Part shown: positions 23,863-36,910 of the stretch, piece by piece
Position numbering within the stretch: position 1 is the stretch's first letter
How the letters are laid out: each line of letters opens with the position of its first letter
Source: Mobula hypostoma
Taxonomy: Eukaryota
Direction: 5' to 3'
DNA: 64,000 bases
Assembly (NCBI RefSeq): GCF_963921235.1
Contig: NC_086101.1
Span: 1,674,001 to 1,738,000 of the forward strand
Made by a program: the position numbers and the translations under genes
The notes under the pieces: model-generated
The model's input: only the letters and a program-made list of their open reading frames with translations
What the model was told of the DNA's origin: nothing
Database searches by the model: none

Positions 23863-26090
23863 ACAGCCTCGTGTTGCACCTTGTCAAAGGCCTTCTGAAA
23901 ATCCAAGTACACAACAGCAACTGACTCTTTCCTGCTTGTTATTTCATCAAAGAATTCCAATTGATTTGTCAGGGAGGATTTCCCCTTCAGACAACCATGC
24001 TGACTGCAGCCTATTTTATCATGTGCTCCGAATACCCTGAAACCACATCCTTAACAATTGACTCCTACATCTTCCCAATCACTGAGGTCAGACTAACTGG
24101 CTAAGAGTGGAATGACACTTGCTATTTTCCAGTCTTCCAGAGCTATACCAGAATCAAGTGATTCTTGAAAGACCATTACTAATGCCTCCACAATCTCCTC
24201 AGCCACCTCCTTCAGAACCCTGGGGTGTACACCATATGGTCCAGGTGACTTATCTACCTTCAGATCTTTCAGTTTCCCAAGAACCTTCTCCCTAGTAATG
24301 GTAACTTCACACACTTCATGAACAATGACACCTGGAACTTCCACTATACTGCTGGTGCCTTTCAAAACAAAGTCTGTTGCAAAATACTTATTCAGTTCAT
24401 CCTCCATTTTGTTGTCCCCCAGTACCACTTCTCCAGCATCTTTTTCCAGTGGCTCGATATCCACTCTTGCCTCTCATTTACATTTTATGTATCTGAAGAA
24501 ACTTTTGGTATCCTCTCTAACATTATAGACTAGCTTATTTTCATATTCCATCTTTACCTTTGTATGACTTTTTAGTTGCCTCTGTTGGCATTTGAAAGCT
24601 TCCCAATCCTCTAATTTCCAACTAATTTTTGCTCTATCATATATGCCCTCTCTTTCACTTTTATGTTGGCTTTGACCTCCCTTGTTAGCCATGGGTGTGT
24701 CATCATGCCTTTAGAATACTTCTTCCTCTTTGGGATGAATAATATATATACAATGCCTTTCGAATTGCTTCCAGAAATTCCAGCCATTTGCTGCTTGTTG
24801 CCATCCCTGCCAGTGTTCTTTTCCAATCAATTCTGGCCAACTCCTCCCTATATTAAACCATCTGGCTGAGTGCATCTTTGCTCTATCATCTGCCTATCCT
24901 TCCTCACAAGCTCCCTACAAACTATCTTTACTTGTGCATCAGGCACCCCATCCTCTGACTCTTCACTTCGGTTTCCGCCCCCCTGCAAATCTAGTTTAAA
25001 CCCTCTCCAAGAGCATCAGCAAACCTCCCTCCCAGGACATTGGTTTCCCTCCAGTTCAGGTGCAACCTGTCCCACTAGTACACTCCTGTTCCAAAAGGTT
25101 CCAGTAGTCCAAGAACTTGAAACCCTGCCCCCCCCCCGCACCATCTCCTCAGCCACTCATCCATCTGCGCTAATTTCCTGTTCAAACCTTCACTAGCTCG
25201 TGGCACTGGGAGTAATTGGGAGATTGTCACCTTGGAGATCCTGTCCTTCAGCCTCCTTCCTAACCCTCTTAACTTACTGTGCAGGACCTCTACCCCTCTC
25301 CTGCCTACATCATTGGTGCCAACATGTACCATGACCTCTGGCTGCTCACCCTCCCCTTCAGGAATATTCTGTAACCACACAGAGACATCCCGGACCCGAG
25401 CATCCAGGAGGCAACACACCATCCTGGTGTCTCTTCTGCTGCCACAGAATCTCCTATCTCTCCCCCTAACTATCGAGTCCCCTGTGACTATTGGTCCACC
25501 TGACTTCCGCCTACCCTTCTGAGGCTCAGAACCGACCACAGTGATGTTGGTCTGGCTGCTGCTGCTGCCTTGCTCAGATAGGTCACCCCGCTCCCCTCAG
25601 CAGTATCCAAAGGGGTTCCCTGTGGTTGAGGGGAATGGCCACAGGGGGCCCAGTACTGACTTCCTTCTCCCTTTACCTCCCTCGGTGTTCAACCATCTAC
25701 TCACTGAATTCTGCCCACCTGCTCAAAAATCATATTTATCAATTGCTCTGCCTCCCAGATGATCCTAAATTAATCCAACTCCAGCTGCAGCTACTTAATG
25801 TGGTCTTTCATGAGCTGGAGTTGGCTGCACGTCCCGCAGGTGTAGTCATCAGGGAGACCATCAGCTTCCATGAATCCCCACATCCTACAGGAGGAGTTAT
25901 ATCTGCCATCCTGCCTGCACTGTATGACGGGCAACCAAGACCAAATCCTCTTACCTGTTTCTTTGGCCTCAGCCTCGTCTCGTTGAAGGCTCTTCTCGTT
26001 AAAGCCTGAAGCTCCTACTCTCACCGCTGGCGACCTCTGTACTTTTATTTAATTCGCAGTACTCTGCTCCCGACGTTGATTGGTCCTCAG
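23863..26090 (-). mobile_element. Internally deleted CR1 LINE with ORF1
   Basis: ORF1 CSSCRMW-like zinc finger (25791-26024) and GDSIVRG...VHVGTNDVG esterase (25075-25539); ORF2 KSPGPYGVHPRVLKE. Confidence 0.85.
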
Positions 26091-26094
26091 GAAT

Positions 26095-26280
26095 TCACCC
26101 CCTCCCAGTTTCACCCATCACTTTGTGTTTCTCTCTCCCCTCCCCTACCTTTTAAATCTACTCCTCATCTTTTTATTTCTTCAGCCCTGCCAGAGGGTCC
26201 CGACCCGAAACCTCAGCTCTACTTTTTTCCATAGGTGCTGCCTGGTCTGCTGAGCTCCCCCAGCATTGTGTGTGTGTTAC
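26095..26280 (+). mobile_element. Penelope-like 3' tail (degenerate)
   Basis: GAGGGTCCCGACCCGAAAC...GGTGCTGCCTGGTCTGCTGAG...TGTGTGTG. Confidence 0.7.
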
Positions 26281-26559
26281 AAAAATGAACAGATAGAATT
26301 CATAGGTACTGACACTTGACACTGCAAGATGCTGACCTTGCTTTGTGTATAAAAAGTACATGGGGTTAGAAGTAGGTGAGCAAACAATACTGAAGTAGTC
26401 AGGTCTTATGGCAGAACAGAACGGATACAGACATTTCAGTCCAACCAGTACGTAGTGACCATGGTGTCCACTGATAAAAAGATTATACCTGGGAGTATCA
26501 TCTACAAATTTGGCAACAAAGCCATCTATTCCATCATCTAAATCATTGATATACAAGAA

Positions 26560-27080
26560 TATAATTGATTCTGCCAGGATTCCAGAGGACTGGAAAATTT
26601 GCAAATGCCACTGCACTCTTCAAGAAGGGAGACACATATGAAAGAAAATGAAAGGCCAGTTAGTTTGACTTCAGTGGTTGGAAAGATGTTAAGGATGTGT
26701 TTTCAGGGTACTAGGAGGCGCATGATAAAATAAACCGTAGTCAGCACGGTTTTGAGGGAAAATCTTGTCTGGCAAGTCTGTTGGAATTCTTTGAAGTAAT
26801 AGTCAGCAAGATAGACAAAGAAAAATTGGTGGATATTGCACTTGGTTTTTCAGAAGGAGAAGGGTTCCAGTGAATAAATTCCTCCGGCTTCCAGCTGGGT
26901 TACAGGTATCGATTTTAACCCTGATGAAGATGGCAGAGTTTATCATCAAAACGTTAGTTAAAATCAATACCTGTACCCATCTGGAAGCCCGAGAAGAGTA
27001 TATTTTTAAGAAGGATTTTGACAAGGTGCCACACATGAGGCTGCTTAACAAGTTAAGAGCCCATGGAATTACAGGAAAGA
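26560..27080 (+). mobile_element. CR1 RT fragment hosting a hairpin insertion
   Basis: FDKVPHMRLLNKLRAHGITGK. Confidence 0.8.
26859..27002 (+). mobile_element. 144-bp hairpin element with decayed hammerhead core (second Penelope-like family)
   Basis: Arms GGCTTCCAGCTGGGTTACAGGTATCGATTTTAAC / GTTAAAATCAATACCTGTACCCATCTGGAAGCC around CTGATGAA-GATG..CATC-aAAAC-GTt; TSD TTTTT(C/A)AGAAGGA at 26846-26858 and 27003-27015. Confidence 0.7.
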
Positions 27081-27084
27081 GAAC

Positions 27085-27330
27085 AGAATTCAACCTCAGA
27101 CAGTTGAGGAAGTTTGGTATAGGCCCCCAGATTCTAAGAACTTTCTACAAGGGCACAACTGAGAGCATCCTGACTGGCTGCATCACTGCCTGGTATGGGA
27201 ACTGTACCTCCCTCGATCGCAGAACTCTGCAGAGAGTGGTGCGGACAGCCCAGCGCATCTGTAGATGGGAACTTCCCACTATTCAGGACACTTACAAAGA
27301 CAGAAGTGTAAAAAAGACCCAAAGGATTAA
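27085..27330 (+). mobile_element. Rex1/Babar-type LINE fragment
   Basis: LRQLRKFGIGPQILRTFYKGTTESILTGCITAWYGNC. Confidence 0.85.
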
Positions 27331-30032
27331 TGGCTGATTCTTTTTCTCTCCTCAGCCCCACTCCTTGGCCTTCTCTCCGTAATCTTTGATGCTGTGAGCA
27401 ATCAAGAACCTATCAAGCTCTGCCTTAAATACACCCAATCATCTGCCCTCCACAGCTGCCTGTGGTAACAAATTCCACAAATTCACCACTCTGGGGAAAG
27501 AAATTTCTCCACATCTCTGTTTTAAATGGATGCTATTCTATCCTGAGGCTGTGCCATCTTGTCCTGGACTCCCACTACCAGGGGAAACATCCTTTCCACA
27601 TCTACTCTGTCTAAGCCTCCAATATTTGAAAGGTTTTAATGAGTTTCCCCTCATCCTTCTAAATTCCAGGGATTACAGACCGAGAGGTATCAAACATTCC
27701 TCGTATAACCCTTTCATTCCCGCAATCATCCTTGAGAACCTCCTCTGAACCCTCACCAATGCCAGCACATCTTTTCTTAGATGAGGAGCCCAAAACTGTT
27801 CACAACTCAAGGTGAGGCCTCACCAGTGCCTTATAAATCCTCAGTATCACATCTTTCCTCTTGTATTCGAGACCTCTTGAAATTGATGCTAACATTGCAT
27901 TTGCCTTCCTCACCACCAACTGTACCTGCAAATTGACCTTTAGTCTGTTCTCCACAATGACTCCCAAGTCCATTTGCATCTCAGATTTTTGGATCTTCTC
28001 CTTGTTTAGAATAGTCTGATCATTTTTTCTACTACCAAAGTGCATGACCATGCATTTTCCAACATTGTATTTCATTTACCACTTTCTTGCCCATTCTCCT
28101 AATCTGTCCAAGTCCTTCTGCAGTCTTCCTGTTTCCTCAACACTACCTGCGCCTCCACCAATCTTTGTATCATCTGCAAACTTGGCAACAAAGCCATCTA
28201 TTCCATCATTGTTATACAGCATAAAAAGAAGTGGTCCCAACACTGACCCCAGCTAAACACTGCTAGTCACTGGCAGCCAATCAGACAAGGATCCTTTTAT
28301 TCCCATTCGCTGCCTCCTACCAATCAGCCAATGCTCTAACCATGCCAGTAACTTTCCTGTAATACCATGGGCTCTTAATTTGGTAAGCAGCCTCATGTGT
28401 GGCACTTTGCCTTCTGAAAGTCCAAATATACAACATCCACTGCATCCCCTTTGTCTATCCTACATGAAATCACCTCAAAGAATTCCAACAGGTTCATCAG
28501 GCAAGATTTTCCCTGATGGAAACCATGCTGACTTTGTCTTATCTTGGCCTGTGTCACCAAGTACTCTATTATCTTGTCCTTTACAATTGAATCTAACATC
28601 TTCCCAACCACTGAGATCAGGCTAACCGGTCTATGATTTCCTTTCTGCTACCTTCCTCCCTTCTTAGAGAGTGGAATGATATTTGCAATTATCCAGTCGC
28701 CTGGCACCATGCCAGAGTCCAGTGATTTTTGAAAGATCATTACTAATGCCTTCACAATTTCTACTGCTGCCTCTTTCAGAACCCTGGGGTGCAGTTCATC
28801 TGGTCTGAGTGACTTATGTACCCTTAAGTTTTTGAGCACCTTCTCCACTGACTTCTCTTCCCTCACGCTCTTCAACAACTGGCACACTGCTTGTGTCTTC
28901 CACAGTGAAGACTGGTGCAAAATACTCATTTAGTTCATCTTTCATCACCTTGTCCCTCATTATTATTTCTGCAGTCTCATTTTCTAGTGATCCTATATCC
29001 ACTCTCATCTCTCTTTTATGTTTTACATACTTGGAAAAAGCTTTTACTATCCATTTTGATATTGTTTGCTAGCTTGCTTTCATATTTCATTTCTTCCCTC
29101 CCAATAATTCTTTTAGTTGCTCTCTGTAGGGTTTTAAAAAGCTTCCCAATCCTCCATCTTCCTCTGGCTTTTAACTAATTTTTGCTTTTTTGTATACCCT
29201 CTCTTTTGCTTTTTAGTCTTTTGACTTCCCTTGTCAGCCGTGGTTGTACTACTTTGAAATACATCTGTTCTGCACCTTCCTCACTTTTCCAATATACACA
29301 CACCATTGCTGCTCTGCTGACATGCCTGCCAGCATCTCCTTCCAATTTAGTTTGGCCAACTCCTCTCTCATGCCACTGTAATTTCCTTTACTCCGCTGAA
29401 GTACTGCTACATCAGACTAATTTCTCCCTATCAAATTTCAAGTGGAACTCAATCATATTGTGATCACTGGTTCCTAAGGGTTCTTTTACCTTAAGCTCCC
29501 TCATCGCCTCTGGTTCATTACATAACACCCAATCCAGTATAGCTGATCCCCTAGTAGGCTCAACAACAAACTGCTCTAAAAAGCCATCCCATAGACATTC
29601 AGCAAACTCACTCTCTAGAGATTTACAGTATTTCCAACCTGATTTTCCCAATCAATGTACATGCTGATTTTCATAACATTGCCCTTTAGACACGCCTTTT
29701 TTATTTCCAGTTGTAATCTGTGGTCCACATCCCAGCTACTGTTGGGAGGCCTGTATATAACTGCCATCAGGGTCCTTTTACCCTTGCAGTTTCTTAACTC
29801 CACCCACAAGGATTCAACATCTTCCAGTCCTATGTTACACCTCTTCCTGATTTGCTGCCAATCTTTAGCAGCAGAGCCACACCACCCCCTCTGCCTACCT
29901 TCCTATCTCTCAAATACAATGTGTAACCTTGGACATTCAGCTCCCAACTACAACCATCCTTCAGCCACGATTCAGTGATGGCCACAACATCATACCTGAC
30001 AATCTGTAATCCTGTAACAAGGTCATCCACCT
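27331..30032 (-). mobile_element. Decayed CR1 LINE ORF2
   Basis: YDVVAITESWL (EN) through QSQHGF, VYLDFQKA and 3' end. Confidence 0.9.
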
Positions 30033-31828
30033 TAAGACCATAAGATGCAGGAGCAGGAGTAGGCCATTCGGCCCATCAAGTCTGCTCCACCATTCAATCA
30101 TGGGCTGATCCAATTCTTCCAGTCATCCCCACTCCCCTGCCTTCACCCTTTGATGCCCTGGCTAATCAAGAACCTATCAATCTCTGCTTAAATACACCCA
30201 ATGACTTGGCCTCAACAGCCGCTCGGGGCAACAAATTCCACAGATTTACCACCCTCTGACAAAAGTCATTTTTCCGCATCTCTGTTTTAAATTGACGTCT
30301 TCAATCCTGAAGTCGTGCCCTCTTGTCCTAGACTTCCTTACCATGGGAAATAACTTTGCCATATCTAATCTGTTCAGGCCTTCTAACATTCAGAATGTTT
30401 CAATGTGATCCCCCCCATTCTCCTGAATTCCAGGGAATACAGCCCAAGAGCTGCCAGACATTCCTCATACAGTAACCCTTTCATTCCTGGAATTATCCTC
30501 ATGAATCTTCTCTGAACCCTCTCCAATGTTAGTATATCCTTTCTAAAATAAGGAGCCCAAAACTGTACACAATACTTCAAGTGTGGTCTTACAAGTGTCT
30601 TATAGAGCCACAACATCACATCCCTGCTCTTATATTCTATACCTCTAGAAATGAATGCCAACATTGCATTTGCCTTCTTCACCACCAACTCAACCTAGAG
30701 GTTAGCCTTTAGGGCTCCCAAGTCCCTTTGCATCTCTGCATTTTGAATTCTCTCCTCATCTAAATAATAGCCTGCCCGTTTATTTCTTCTACCAAAGTGC
30801 ATGACCAGACACTTTCCAACACTGTATTTCATTTGCCACTTCTTTGCCCATTCCCCGAAACTATCTAAGTCTCTCAGTTTCCTCAATACTGCCCACTCCT
30901 CCACCTATCTTTGTATCATCGGCAAATTTAGACACAAATCCATTAATCCCATAGTCTAAATCACTGACATACATCGTAAAAAGCAGCAGTCCCAACACCA
31001 TCCCCTGTGGAACTCCACTGGTAACCGGCAGCCAGCCAGACTGGGATCCCTTTATTCCCACTCTCCGTTTTCTGTGTCTCAGCCAATGCTCTATCCAGGC
31101 TAGTAACTCCCCTGTAATTCCATGGGCTCTTATCTTGCTAAGCAGCCTCATGTGTGGCACCTTGTCAAAGGCCTTCTGAAAATCCAAATAAACCACATCT
31201 ACTGCATCTCCTTTGTCTACCCTGCTTGTAATTCCCTCAAAAAATTGCAGTAGGTTTGTCAGGCAGGATTTTCCTTTCGGGAAACCATGCTGGCTGGCTT
31301 TGACCTATCTTGTCATGTGGCTCCAGGTGCCCCGTAATCTCATCCCTAACAACCGATTCCAACAACTTCCCAACTACATATGTCAGGCTGATGGGTCTGT
31401 AGTTTCCTTTCTGCTGCCTCCCACCCTTCTTAAATCACAGAGTAAAATTTGTAATTTTCCAGTCATCCAGTACAATGCCAGAATCTATTAATTCTTGAAA
31501 GATCATTATTAATGCCTCCGCAATCTCTCCAGCTACAGGTGCTTCCTTCAGAACCCAAGGGTGCATTCCATCAGGTCCAGGAGATTTATCCACCCTCCGA
31601 CCATTAAGCTTCCTGAGCACCTTCTCAGTCGTAATTTTCACTGCACAAACCTCACTTCCCTGACACTCTTGAATGTTGGATATACTGCAGATGTCTTCCA
31701 CTGTGAAGACTGATGCAAAACACGCATTCAGTTCCTCTGCCATCTTTGCGTTTCTCATTATAATATCTCCAGCGTCATTTTCTATTGGTCCTATATCTAC
31801 CCTCAACTCTCTTTTACCCTTTATCAAC
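30033..31828 (-). mobile_element. CR1 LINE, 5'-truncated
   Basis: KSPGPDGMHP, VYLDFQKAFDKVPH, SKFADDTKIGG; tail TAAGACCATAAG. Confidence 0.9.
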
Positions 31829-32004
31829 TTAGAAACATAGATACATAGAAAGCCTACAGCACAATTCAGGCCATTCGGCTCCCAATGCTGTGCCGAGCAT
31901 GTCCTTACTTTAGAAATTACCTAGGATTACCTATAGCCCACTATTTTTCTAAGCTCCATGTCCCTATCCAGGAGTCTCTTAAAAGACCCTCTCGTATCCG
32001 CCTC
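31829..32004 (-). mobile_element. CR1 3' terminus that seeds the adjacent minisatellite
   Basis: ATVVEADTRGSFKRLLDRDM; TAGAAACATAGATACATAG tail. Confidence 0.85.
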
Positions 32005-33352
32005 CACCACCGTTGCCGGCAGCCCATTCCACGCACTCACCACCGTCGCCGGCAGCCCATTCCATGCACTCACCACCGTCGCCGGCAGCCCATTCCACGC
32101 ACTCACCACCGTCGCCGGCAGCCCATTCCACGCACTCACCACCGTCACCGGCAGCCTATTCCACGCACTCACCACCGTCACCGGCAGCCCATTCCACGCA
32201 CTCACCACCGTCACCGGCAGCCTATTCCACGCACTCACCACCGTCACCGGCAGCCCATTCCACGCACTCACCACTGTCACCGGCAGCCCATTCCACGCAC
32301 CACCGTCACCGGCAGCCTATTCCACCCACTCACCACTGTCACCGGCAGCCTGTTCCACCCACTCACCACCGTCGCCGGCAGCCCATTCCACGCACTCACC
32401 ACCGTCACCGGCAGCCTGTTCCACCCACTCACCTCCATCACCGGCAGCCCATTCCACCCACTCACCACCGTCACCGGCAGCCCATTCCACACACTCACCA
32501 CTTTCACCGGCAGCCTATTCCACGCACTCACCTCCGTCGCCGGCAGCCCATTCCACCCACTCACCACCGTCACCGACAGCCTATTCCACCCACTCACCAC
32601 CGTCACCGGCAGCCTATTCCACCCACTCACCACCGTCACCGGCAGCCCATTCCACGCACTCACCACCGTCACCGGCAGCCCATTCCACGCACCACCGTCA
32701 CCGGCAGCCTATTCCACCCACTCACCACCGTCGCCGGCAGCCCATTCCACGCACTCACCACCGTCACCGGCAGCCTGTTCCACCCACTCACCACCGTCAC
32801 CGGCAGCCCATTCCACCCACTCACCTCCGTCGCCGGCAGCCCATTCCACCCACTCACCACCGTCACCGGCAGCCTATTCCACCCACTCACCACCGTCACC
32901 GGCAGCCTATTCCACCCACTCACCACCGTCACCGGCAGCCCATTCCACGCACTCACCACCGTCACCGGCAGCCCATTCCACGCACCACCGTCACCGGCAG
33001 CCTATTCCACCCACTCACCACCGTCACCGGCAGCCTATTCCACCCACTCACCACCGTCGCCGGCAGCCCATTCCACGCACTCACCACCGTCACCGGCAGC
33101 CTGTTCCACCCACTCACCACCGTCACCGGCAGCCCATTCCACCCACTCACCACCGTCACCGGCAGCCTATTCCACCCACTCACCACCGTCACCGGCAGCC
33201 CATTCCACACACTCACTACTTTCACCGGCAGCCTATTCCACGCACTCACCTCCGTCGCCGGCAGCCCATTCCACGCACTCACCACCGTCACCGGCAGCCT
33301 ATTCCACCCACTCACCACCATCACCGGCAGCCTATTCCACCCACTCACCACT
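32005..33352. repeat. 33-bp minisatellite, about 41 units, CR1-derived
   Basis: Unit CCACCGTCACCGGCAGCCCATTCCACGCACTCA (minus strand reads VVSAWNGLPVT). Confidence 0.95.
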
Positions 33353-33489
33353 CTTAAGCCGTGGATGTAGGTGCTACTGGGTGATATTCACCTCTTTTCT
33401 TCTTGGGCACTGGTATAATTGACGCAGGTGGGTACCCCACTCTGCCAAAGCAAGAGGTTAAAGATCTCAGTGCACACACCAGCCTTTTG

Positions 33490-34275
33490 GAAGGTCAAAT
33501 TTGAAGACAGAGTACATGGTTAAGGGCAGGATCCATGATAGTGTTGAACCTCTTGGGGTGCACGTCAATAGCTCCCTCAGTTTTGCCTCAAAAATTGATA
33601 GGGTTATTAAGAAAGTGTGTTTCAGGTTGTAAACTGAATGCATTCTCTGATATTAAATGGAACCATTGAAGGCATATGCATGTTGGTTTTTGTTAGTTTT
33701 AGGACTGTGTTGAAGAGCTGTGAGGTAAGGTTGCAGCTCTATAAAAACCTGGTTAGGCTGCAGTTGGAATATTGTGTTCTGCTCCGGGTACCTCAATATA
33801 GGAAGGATGTGGAGAGTTTAAAGAGGGTGCAGCAGAGATTTACCAGCCACCGCACGGATTAAGACACATGTCCTATGAAGGAGGGTTGAACGAGCTAGGG
33901 CTTTTCTCTCTGTAGTAAAGGAGGATGGGAGCTGACTTGATAGAGGTGCACAAGATGACAAGAGGTATAGATCATGCAGGCAGCCTGTGATGTTTTCCCA
34001 GGTTGGAAACAGCTAATACAAGGGCATAACCTTAAGGTGACTAGGGGGAAGAACAGGAGGGGGTGGGATGTCGGAGGTAAGTGTTTTACACAGTGAGTTG
34101 TCGGTATGTGAAGTGATCTGCTACAGGTGGTAGTAGAGACAGATACATTCGGGGTATTTAAGAGAATCTTAGATAGGCAAATGGATGAAAGAAAACTGTA
34201 GGGAGGGGAGGGTTAGATTGATTTTGGAGATGGATAGAAGTCCAGCACTACATCATTTCATGTTCTGTGTTCTAT
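33490..34275 (+). mobile_element. Old CR1 LINE 3' part
   Basis: LQLYKNLVRLQLEYCV...YRKDVESLKRVQQRFT; TGTTCTGTGTTCTATG tail. Confidence 0.8.
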
Positions 34276-34973
34276 GTATCCAGGGAGCATCGTCCTGACA
34301 TGTCTCGTGCAGCTACAGAATATCTTGTCTCCCCCGCCCCCGTCGCTGTTACCCTTCTTGACATTCCCTTTCCCCACTGAACCTCAGGGCCAGCCGCAAT
34401 ATCACTGACCACAATATGTTGTTGCTTTGTCCTCATGTTACCCAGCAGTATCCCAAAGGGTATCCTTCTTGCTGAGGGAAACCGTCACGGGAGAACCCTG
34501 TGTTGTCTGCCTGCTCCCTCACCTGTTCCCCTTTGGTCAGCCAAAGCTGCCTGCCTGCATCTGGGGTGGAACCTGAGCAGCTTGCTGAAGCCCTGGTCAC
34601 TGATGCTCCGATAGCCCTGAGGATCAGCGGCAGTTCTCCCTGCAGATGGAGTCCTCAGGAATACCGGCAGTCTGTCCGAATTCCCTCATCCTGTAGATGG
34701 AGCATACCACCACCCTGATATCCCAGCTACTCAAACTGGAAATCACCCACGCCTCACGAACGAAAGCATCAACCTTAAAATCAGTGGCCTTACATCTCAG
34801 GTATGATCCCTCCCAAAAACAACCACTCCTCAAAAGTGCTTATGGCTGATGGCTGCTATTGGCAGTGTGTTCTATGTGTGTTACCAAATACTGAGGAAAT
34901 TTAACCTGAGAAACAACTCTTGCTTTGCCAGTTCGTCTGTAAACTCGTGGATGGCTCTCTCCCCTGTATCAAG

Positions 34974-35458
34974 ATGAGTAAAATCGGCCTTTATGACGAC
35001 ACCAGCTTTACTATAAAAAAGACCAGGACTTTGTGGACAATATACCCATCCTTGCGACTGAGATCTTCATCGGTGCTGCCACTCAATCTAAGTTGATGGC
35101 CAGCACAGGGTGGTGTATACAGAGGAAAACTTCCAGGGGAAGTTCGTGGTGTTTGGACTCGGAGACCATGGGTGTCTGGGCGAGCTGATCGAAAGATTCG
35201 CTGTATGCAGCTGGTGAGGAGGTTTCGAAGGACTCAGACACAAACCCACAGCATTGAGGAAACAGTGGTCTAAGGAAAGACGGCTTCAACAGCCTCATCT
35301 CTTCCCACAAGGCGTGTGGATCCCGTACCAGGACTTCAAACTGTCCGTGCAGTGACTCATCGCCTTCAAGGGGGAGCAATGGTGCAGCTATGTCGCTCAG
35401 CTGGAACGACAAGCCATCTTCAATCAAGGCCTTGCTGAAGAGTGACTTCAAGGTTTGA
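34974..35458 (+). pseudogene. Non-lens beta/gamma-crystallin-domain (epidermal differentiation-specific protein/ep37-like) pseudogene
   Basis: Across frameshifts reads MSKIGLYDDTSFT / QDFVDNIPIL / VDGQHRVVYTEENFQGKFVVFGLGDHGCLGEL / KIRCMQLV / LRKDGFNSLISSHK / QGVWIPYQDFKL..LIAFKGEQWCSY / SWNDKPSSIKALLKSDFKV*, i.e. four Greek-key motifs; acceptor tcttgctttgccAG at 34931; AATAAA at 35535 and 35543. Confidence 0.8.
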
Positions 35459-35759
35459 GGTGGCTATGTACTGGTGTCCCGCCTTCAGCCAGAGCTCCCT
35501 AACCCCAGTGCCGAGGAGAGGATCCAGACCATCAAATAAACAAATAAAATGCTCCATAAATGCTACTAACCTTCTGTCAGTCTCATTGTCCAATTCTTTC
35601 TTCCATTGAACTGTAGACATGTCATTGGGCAATGTGACCGCTGTATAAGTGAGGGTGGTGACTTGAGCTCTGAAAATGTTCGGAGTCAGTGGCGCTGATG
35701 ATGAACAGCCATCTCTAACAGATGTGGCCAAACCCACTGCTTATTTTCAGATGCCTTAC

Positions 35760-36910
35760 CATTCACAGTGTAAGACCTGCTTGGTTGATCCTACTGAAGT
35801 GCAAAACCTTATACTTGTCTCCTTTAAATTCAATCTGCCATTTTTCAGCTTATTTTTCCAGCTGATTCAGATCCCTCTGCAAGCCACAACAGCTTTCCTC
35901 GCTGTCCACTGCATCCCCAATCTTGGTGTCATCTGCAAATTGCTCATCCAGTTAACCACATTGCCATCCAGATCATTGATAGGGATGACAAACAACAACA
36001 AACTCAGCACCTATCCCTGCAGAACTCCACTAGTCACAGCCCGCCAGTCGGAGAGGCAACTATCTTCTACCACTCTCCAGCTTCTCCCACAAAGCTAGTG
36101 TCTAATCCAATTTAGTACCTCGAATGTCAATCAACTGAACCTCTCCAGTGGGACCTTGTCAAATGCCTTACTAAAGTCGATGTAGACAACATCCACTGCC
36201 TTGTCTTCATCAACTTCCCTGGTGACTTCTTTGAAAAACTCTATAAAATTAGTTAGACATAACCTACTATGCACAAAGCCATGCTGACTATTCTTATTAA
36301 ATCTATGTCTATGCAAATACTTGTATATCCAGTCCCTTAGAATACCTTCCAGTAACTTTCTCACTACTGTCAGGCTCACTGGCCTATAATTTCTTGGATT
36401 ACATTTAGAGACTTTGTTATACAGCCGAAAACATTGGCTATCCTCCAATCCTCTGGTACCTGTCTTGCCGTTAGGGATGAGTTAAATATATCTGCTAGGG
36501 CCCTGCAATTTCTGCACTTGCTTCCTGTAGGGTCTACGGGTACACCTTTTATCCACTCTAGCAAACACCTCCTTTAATCTGTATAGAGTCCATGAAGTTG
36601 ATGTTGTTTTGCCTTGCTTTAAAGATTCTGTGCCCATCTCCTAAGTAAATACAGATGCAAAAAAATGTGTTTATGATCTCTCCCATCTCTTTTGGATCCA
36701 CACATGAAATATCATTCTGATCTTCCAAAGGACCAATTTTGTCACTTGCAATCTTTTTCCTCTTAACGTATCTGTAGAATCCATTAGGATTCTCCTTCAC
36801 CTTGTCTGCTAAGGCAATTTCATGCGGCCTTTTATCCCTTCTGATTTCATTCTTAAGTGTTCTCTTGCATTTAATACACTCCATCAGCATCTCATTTCTT
36901 CCTACCTCCT
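35760..36910 (-). mobile_element. Old CR1 ORF2 fragment
   Basis: NPRNYRPVSLT...NSQHGF...VYIDFSKAFDKVP. Confidence 0.85.

Noticed and set aside
31885..33422. Three overlapping ORFs of 469-490 aa rich in His/Pro/Thr
   Set aside because: Artefact of a stop-free 33-bp tandem repeat, antisense to CR1; no gene context
35083..35737. Minus-strand ORFs of 122 and 105 aa as a novel gene
   Set aside because: Antisense shadows of the + strand crystallin-like pseudogene; no recognisable motifs
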